A DNA stretch of 64,000 bases, from positions 164,486,001 through 164,550,000 of the forward strand of contig CM059426.1 of NCBI GenBank assembly GCA_030390025.1, given 5' to 3'. The translations under genes and the position numbers were made by a program. The notes beneath the pieces are model-generated. The model searched no databases, was not told the origin of the DNA, and was given only the letters and a program-made list of their open reading frames with translations. The stretch is from Squalus acanthias (Eukaryota). Of this stretch, positions 58,821-64,000 are shown one piece after another; positions within the stretch are counted from its first letter, which is position 1; every line of letters begins with the position of its first letter.

Positions 58821-59608
58821 TAGTTAATCATGCTGTGAATTTTCACCTTAAGATGCTTACTTCAATAGCCCAGTTTGTACCTGGTAACATTGATGAGGCA
58901 GTCACAATATTAGTATAATTCAGTACATCATATACTGTGTCCTCCCAGTCCTTGAAGGGGTTGACTCTTGCTGGGGGTACAGTACTACAGGCTCCTGTCA
59001 CTCTCCAGTACCTCATCTAACTAGCTTTTGTTTATACATAAGCTGGAGCATGAGTGTTAGCAACCCAAGCTCAGAATGAGGATCAAACTTGGGACTTTCT
59101 TGTCTGTATGGTTTAATTGTTCACGGAGTTGCAAATTTGCCAACTTTCACATAAAAAAAAAACTTTCCTACTGCAATCAAAAAGTCGTCCCTACAAAACA
59201 ATGAATTAAGAAAATTATACATTAACATAACTTTGCTTTCAGTTTGTTAAAACCTAAAATAGCCCTTGTAAAGTAGATTTTGTAAGGTTAATCGTCACCA
59301 GTACACAGTGCGATAACCTTAATCCAGCATATAGCATTAACAAAGCTGTTGGAGTGTCAAGATTACTAAACTAGAAGTAGCATGAGGAGTTAAAGCAGTT
59401 ATAAATACAGGTACTTGAATGCACAGATTACAGAAGTAGCACTAATTTCCTCCTACTTCCTTCCCCCATATTTTGTTTTAAAAAAGCTAAATTCCATATG
59501 GACTGCTTTATGTGGATAATTTTCCCTCAACAGATCTGTACAAAACACAACTAAAAATATGAATAACTAACATCTATGGAAATGTCTCAAGAGCAAGGGC
59601 AGCTTAAT

Positions 59609-60230
59609 GGCTCAATTTTGCTTTCAACTGCAAAGGAACAGCACTTGCCGTTCATCTCACTGACAGACTTTACACAGGCTCGCCAGTGGAGATTTCCACC
59701 AAGCCGCTGTCTTTTCCAGCGCGGCGCCTGAGCAGAGCAACCAACAGCGAGGCTCTTCAACCAGATTAAAGTATCCTCACTGAGACACGCAGAGTCCAAA
59801 CCAGGAAAAATAAATTAGATTTAAATGATGTAAAAAAAGCAAAATACAGATGGGATTAAGGGAGAGAGATAAAAAGAGACAAAAAAAGTTTTAAAAAATT
59901 AATTTTCTTCTGAGGGAAAGAGACGCCACAATTGTAAAATTATTTTTTCAGGGCCAGAGCGTTTTTTCAGCAGTAATTAACACTCACTTATTCCTGAATG
60001 CACCAGCCCTAACTTTATCAACTGTTTTTAGTGCGGAACTAGCTGGTAAGTACCCCAAGTTCACGTCATTACAGCAATTTCAGTGCCGAGTCTATTGGGG
60101 AGGACTGCAACAGCGCACCCTGTGGAGGAGCAGAGTATCTGACAGCAACTTCTGGATTTCCGTGTTTAACTGCGCATGTGCGGACGCCAGAAGTTGCTGT
60201 CAGATTTACCCAGTAATAACGGCGATATAT
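59609..60230. mobile_element. Second, diverged copy of the 51157-51868 MITE family, containing a perfect 19-bp hairpin
   Basis: Shared internal blocks (ctgagggaaagagacgccacaattgtaa...ttttcagggccagag...gcagtaattaaca). Confidence 0.65.
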
Positions 60231-60734
60231 TAGAAACCTGTGTCTGTAATATAGTAGATCGCCTGTAATGTTGCCGATTGCTCCACACTAGCCAAGAGAC
60301 ATCACGGATGAGTCAAATCCTCAAAAGGACACAATGCAGTTTTTCAAGAACCAACTTTTAGCTTTTTTCCCCTTTTGATTGAAAAGAGATCTCCTCTGTA
60401 ACCTGATCCTGACCCTAATCTCTTCTCTGCTCTGACTGAGCAATGGCACAGAAATCAACTAATGTTTTTCAAAAACCAATGGAAGCCTTTCTTTTCCATC
60501 CAGTTCTAAATATCATTTCACATGGTCCTTGCTAGGGAACAAATGGTAACCCATGTCCCCGTCACCCATAAAGTAGGAAATATTTAACAGCATTTAGCCA
60601 CCTTTCTTTCCAAAACTCAGTGAAATAACGACATCAAGTAATGAGAGATATATACAGGCAGGTTTACATAATGAGTTTCATTACTTGGCGAGTGAAGCAA
60701 ATCTATTTAAAAAATCTTTTTCATCACAAATTTT

Positions 60735-61130
60735 CTTCACTCCCAACCTTCTAACTCCTTTCTGGGTATTGATGCCAGGTAGCTTCCAGTATCTTGCCCA
60801 AGTGACCATTCTTCACAAGTGAGTCTAGGTGGTGAGTGTCTTGAGGTTATTCAGTCACACAGACACACACACACAGACACACAACCAAGCTCAAACTTGT
60901 CTTCATTCAATTCCCACACGTGCGCATTTTTTTTTTTAAAGAAGGGGTCGCTGGGAACTCAAGAGCAGAAAGCCAAACCAATTTTCACCTCCCCAACCAG
61001 AAGGCAAAACATAGCACCCCTAATGTCACCTTAGCTAAAATCCATTAACTTCGCAAAGACCCAGAATCTAGCCTGGTCTATATGGTTCAATACTCACTCA
61101 CTGAACCAGCTGAGTCATTGGGGAAACACT
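60735..61130 (-). mobile_element. AmnSINE2-like ancient SINE
   Basis: gcccaagtgaccattcttcacaagtgagtctag is the reverse complement of the family core. Confidence 0.6.
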
Positions 61131-62439
61131 CAACGGACCATTTGAAATTCTAGTTATAAAACACTAAACCCAAAAAGTGATAAAGTGATCACTTGGGGAA
61201 AAAAAAATACCAAAGGGTTTCTGGCAATTGTGGAACTGCAGCGCAACGCAAATCAACGTCTTCAAGGAAAGGGGAGAAAATTGGGGGTGGTGGGTGGAAC
61301 AGCCCTAACGAAATTAAATTTACTACCAAAGTGCAATTTCTCTTGATTATTTTTTGAGGCGTTTGCTGGGTACCTGACACCCACACAAACGCATTATGTG
61401 CGCCACACAGGTGAAGTTTCTGTTTGGCCGATATAGAGTGCACACTTTCTCCCCATTAGGACACAATCCCATTACACAAACCCACTGAACTGTGTGTGCA
61501 AAGATACTGCTGTAGATTAACCAGCTAAAACTATACAGCTTCCGAGAAGAGAGCACTGGTAAGATTCCCACTGGTACTCCAGCTAGGACCACATTACCTG
61601 TTAAGAGCACAGGCTTGCAGATTATCTGGGCTGAGTGGTATAGCCCTCTAAGTCCCATTAATAAGTCAGGGTGCCTGGCCAATTAGCAATACAGAATACT
61701 ATGGACCAGCATATCTCAGGTACAGGATTATAAATCTGCCAGATGGTTTATTACCCTCCAAAATTAGGGATGTCATCCCTGAGCCAACTGAATCCCAAAG
61801 TGACCCAGTTTACCTACTCCCCTGCACAGGAAATAGTCACTAGCAGCTCAGTATTTTCTTGATAATTGGGTGGCAATGTTCCTGGCAGCTTGGAAAAGGG
61901 GCCATTAATGTTTTAGTTCTTTAACAGATATCAGTGAAGCATGTATTAAGCATTGCCGAATTGGCTTGACTGCATCTGGAATTTTTTCCAATCTTCATTT
62001 CAGATAAATTAATTTGGCACCTGCCATTTTTTGATCTACCTATAATGTGTCTATCTAACTTCTACCTTAATAGGATCCATCTATCAGATCTACTTGCACA
62101 ACAAAGTTGTTTTAGATTCTCTTGCTGGCATCTATTATCTGCCATTCTATGGTCATAGTCACCATTTTGTGTTACTCACCCTCAACTAACTTTTGTACAA
62201 CACCCAGTCTTCATTACCTTTTGAAAGTTTAAGAGAGACCAAGAAGAGTTTAGTTATTTCTAACCTCTTCATTCAGCTACTATGTTTTGGTTTTCTGGTC
62301 AGACATCTAGATTTCTTTTGTACATGCCTCAAAACAGTCTTAGGAACCATTTCCTCCACCCTCTCCATTTTCTAATCCCTTTTATATCATGGAACCCTCC
62401 CTTGAACTCAGAGCTTTTCTCCTTCATGCAAATAAAGGC

Positions 62440-62735
62440 ACTACAAAATATGGATCAGAAGGTCCTAGGGTCAGTTCTCAAGCTGTGCTGAGCTCTCAGC
62501 CAAAGCAGGAGGTTCAGCCAAACAAACAATTAATTGCTTAATGCATTTTCCCCTCTACCCTGAACTAGGAAGAGGGAAAAATGAGTTAGGCAGGGTTCTG
62601 TTGATCAGGCCTGGCTGTAATGCAGAGGCATCACCTGCCAGCATTCACTATTCAAACTCACTAGTATATCCATTTGGGTTACGACTGGAGGACTACAGCA
62701 CCCATAGAATTTGAACTTTCAGGAGAGGAGGGAAA
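62440..62735 (+). mobile_element. AmnSINE2-like ancient SINE
   Basis: cagaaggtcctagg...ctgtgctgag...ttcaggagaggaggga. Confidence 0.55.
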
Positions 62736-62879
62736 TAAAACTGGAAGAATTCCCCCCACCCCGCACAAAATCTGATCTTCAATATCAGATTCTGTAGATT
62801 GAAAGGGAAACAGTTTGGACAAATACCCCTCAAAGGTGCCTTTTCATATTAAAAAAAGTACAATTAATTTAACCTTTAG

Positions 62880-63252
62880 GACTTCAGCTCACGATCTAGA
62901 TCAACAGTCCAGTGTCGTTGTACTGAGGGCTTTCTGCATTGTCAGAGGCAACCCACTTTGGATGAGAGGTTAACCCGAGACCCCATCTTCCTGTTCAGGT
63001 GGACATTAGAGATTCCATGACATTTCTCAAAAGAGCAGGGAGTTCTCCCAATGTCTTAGCCAATATTCTTCCCTCAGCCAACACCATAATAAAAAAGATT
63101 GACTGGGCATTCAATCAAATGTTTGGGAGCTCATGCGCTGTGCAAACTAACTCGCAATTTCCTGCATAAGTGACTGTACTTCAGAAAGTAACTTGTGTGA
63201 AGCACTTACGATATTTCTCTGATACAAAGCACTATAAATACCAGTCTTTCTT
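62880..63252 (+). mobile_element. DeuSINE-like SINE, decayed and 5'-truncated
   Basis: gtactgaggg...caggtggacattagagattccatgaca...gcactataaata. Confidence 0.78.
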
Positions 63253-64000
63253 ATAAAAAAATTCTAAATTTCAACTATCAAGATGCCAAGAGACCGGTCT
63301 TTGCAGGCTACACAGCTGGAAGAGACCCCTCTGCTGATCATCTGAAGCAGGTGGCTCTCCTTCAGGGACTTAGCACCATTGCCAGCACCTCAGTCCTGAT
63401 CGAAGCATTCTAAAACAGCATTAGAAAATTCATTCCCAACTGAATGTCATTCCCCACTTAAAGGAATGAGGGATGCCCATTAATGGGCCAAGAAAGGCTA
63501 GCTTGTTCTGGCTTAGAGACTTTCCAAGGGAAATCAATCAAAACCAGATACCCACACAGGAATACAGCTGCAAATATATAAAATTTGTAAATCTAAAACA
63601 TTCAGTAATAGCACAGAGTTTGTGATTTTCCTCACACACGATTTATACAGGAATATGGCTCCCCGGTAACACTTTCTTTGTACAAGAACTCTACAGTTCA
63701 ACCACTGGCATCTGTGTGAATGTAGCATTCATGGGATTTTTAGGTCACGCTTGAAAGAAATACAGTTTAAAGTTATTATTTAATGACAAAACTCTCGGCT
63801 CCAGTTGGCTTGTATTTAATACACAGGATGCTCTTCCATTATACACTTCATAGCACCAGCTTGTTTCATCCAAAGAGTAAAGACTAGTTTCCATGGGAAT
63901 TGAATTTCTTAACATACTGCAGATTGTTAGCAATATTACAAGAGAGAGAGTTAGCAATAGTACAGGAGAGGGAGATGGAATCTTGTTAGGACAGAGATGA

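Noticed and set aside
1-64000. Prokaryotic or phage system (CRISPR array, operon, defence island)
   Set aside because: The sequence is a spliced vertebrate gene with retroelement-rich introns; no repeat-spacer array or gene-dense region is present.
39431-64000. FNIP2 first exon or promoter
   Set aside because: I found no M.PTL.QKLF-like start and no CpG island; it presumably lies beyond the window.

Overview
Vertebrate genomic DNA, most likely from a cartilaginous fish (shark), inferred from its repeat content (Deu-domain SINEs, CR1, L2, RTE, Penelope). No prokaryotic features are present. The whole window lies within one minus-strand gene, FNIP2 (folliculin-interacting protein 2). I could place 12 consecutive coding exons (39430 down to 861; 1433 nt, about 477 codons), all with GT-AG boundaries and compatible phases, including a 90-nt symmetric cassette exon. 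The first exon and the 3' exons appear to lie outside the window; exon numbers assume one upstream exon. The introns are packed with nested mobile elements. Most notable: (1) a CR1-group LINE whose 5' end is a tRNA-like Pol III head leading directly into ORF2 with no ORF1, plus short SINE-like derivatives made of that head and the LINE tail; (2) two Penelope-associated minimal hammerhead ribozyme motifs with a compensatory stem change; (3) several local templated duplications inserted into older repeats; (4) a tRNA-Ser pseudogene heading a composite insertion; (5) palindromic and MITE-type elements. Repeat family names come from recalled consensus similarity, not database searches, and repeat boundaries are approximate unless a target-site duplication (TSD) is given.
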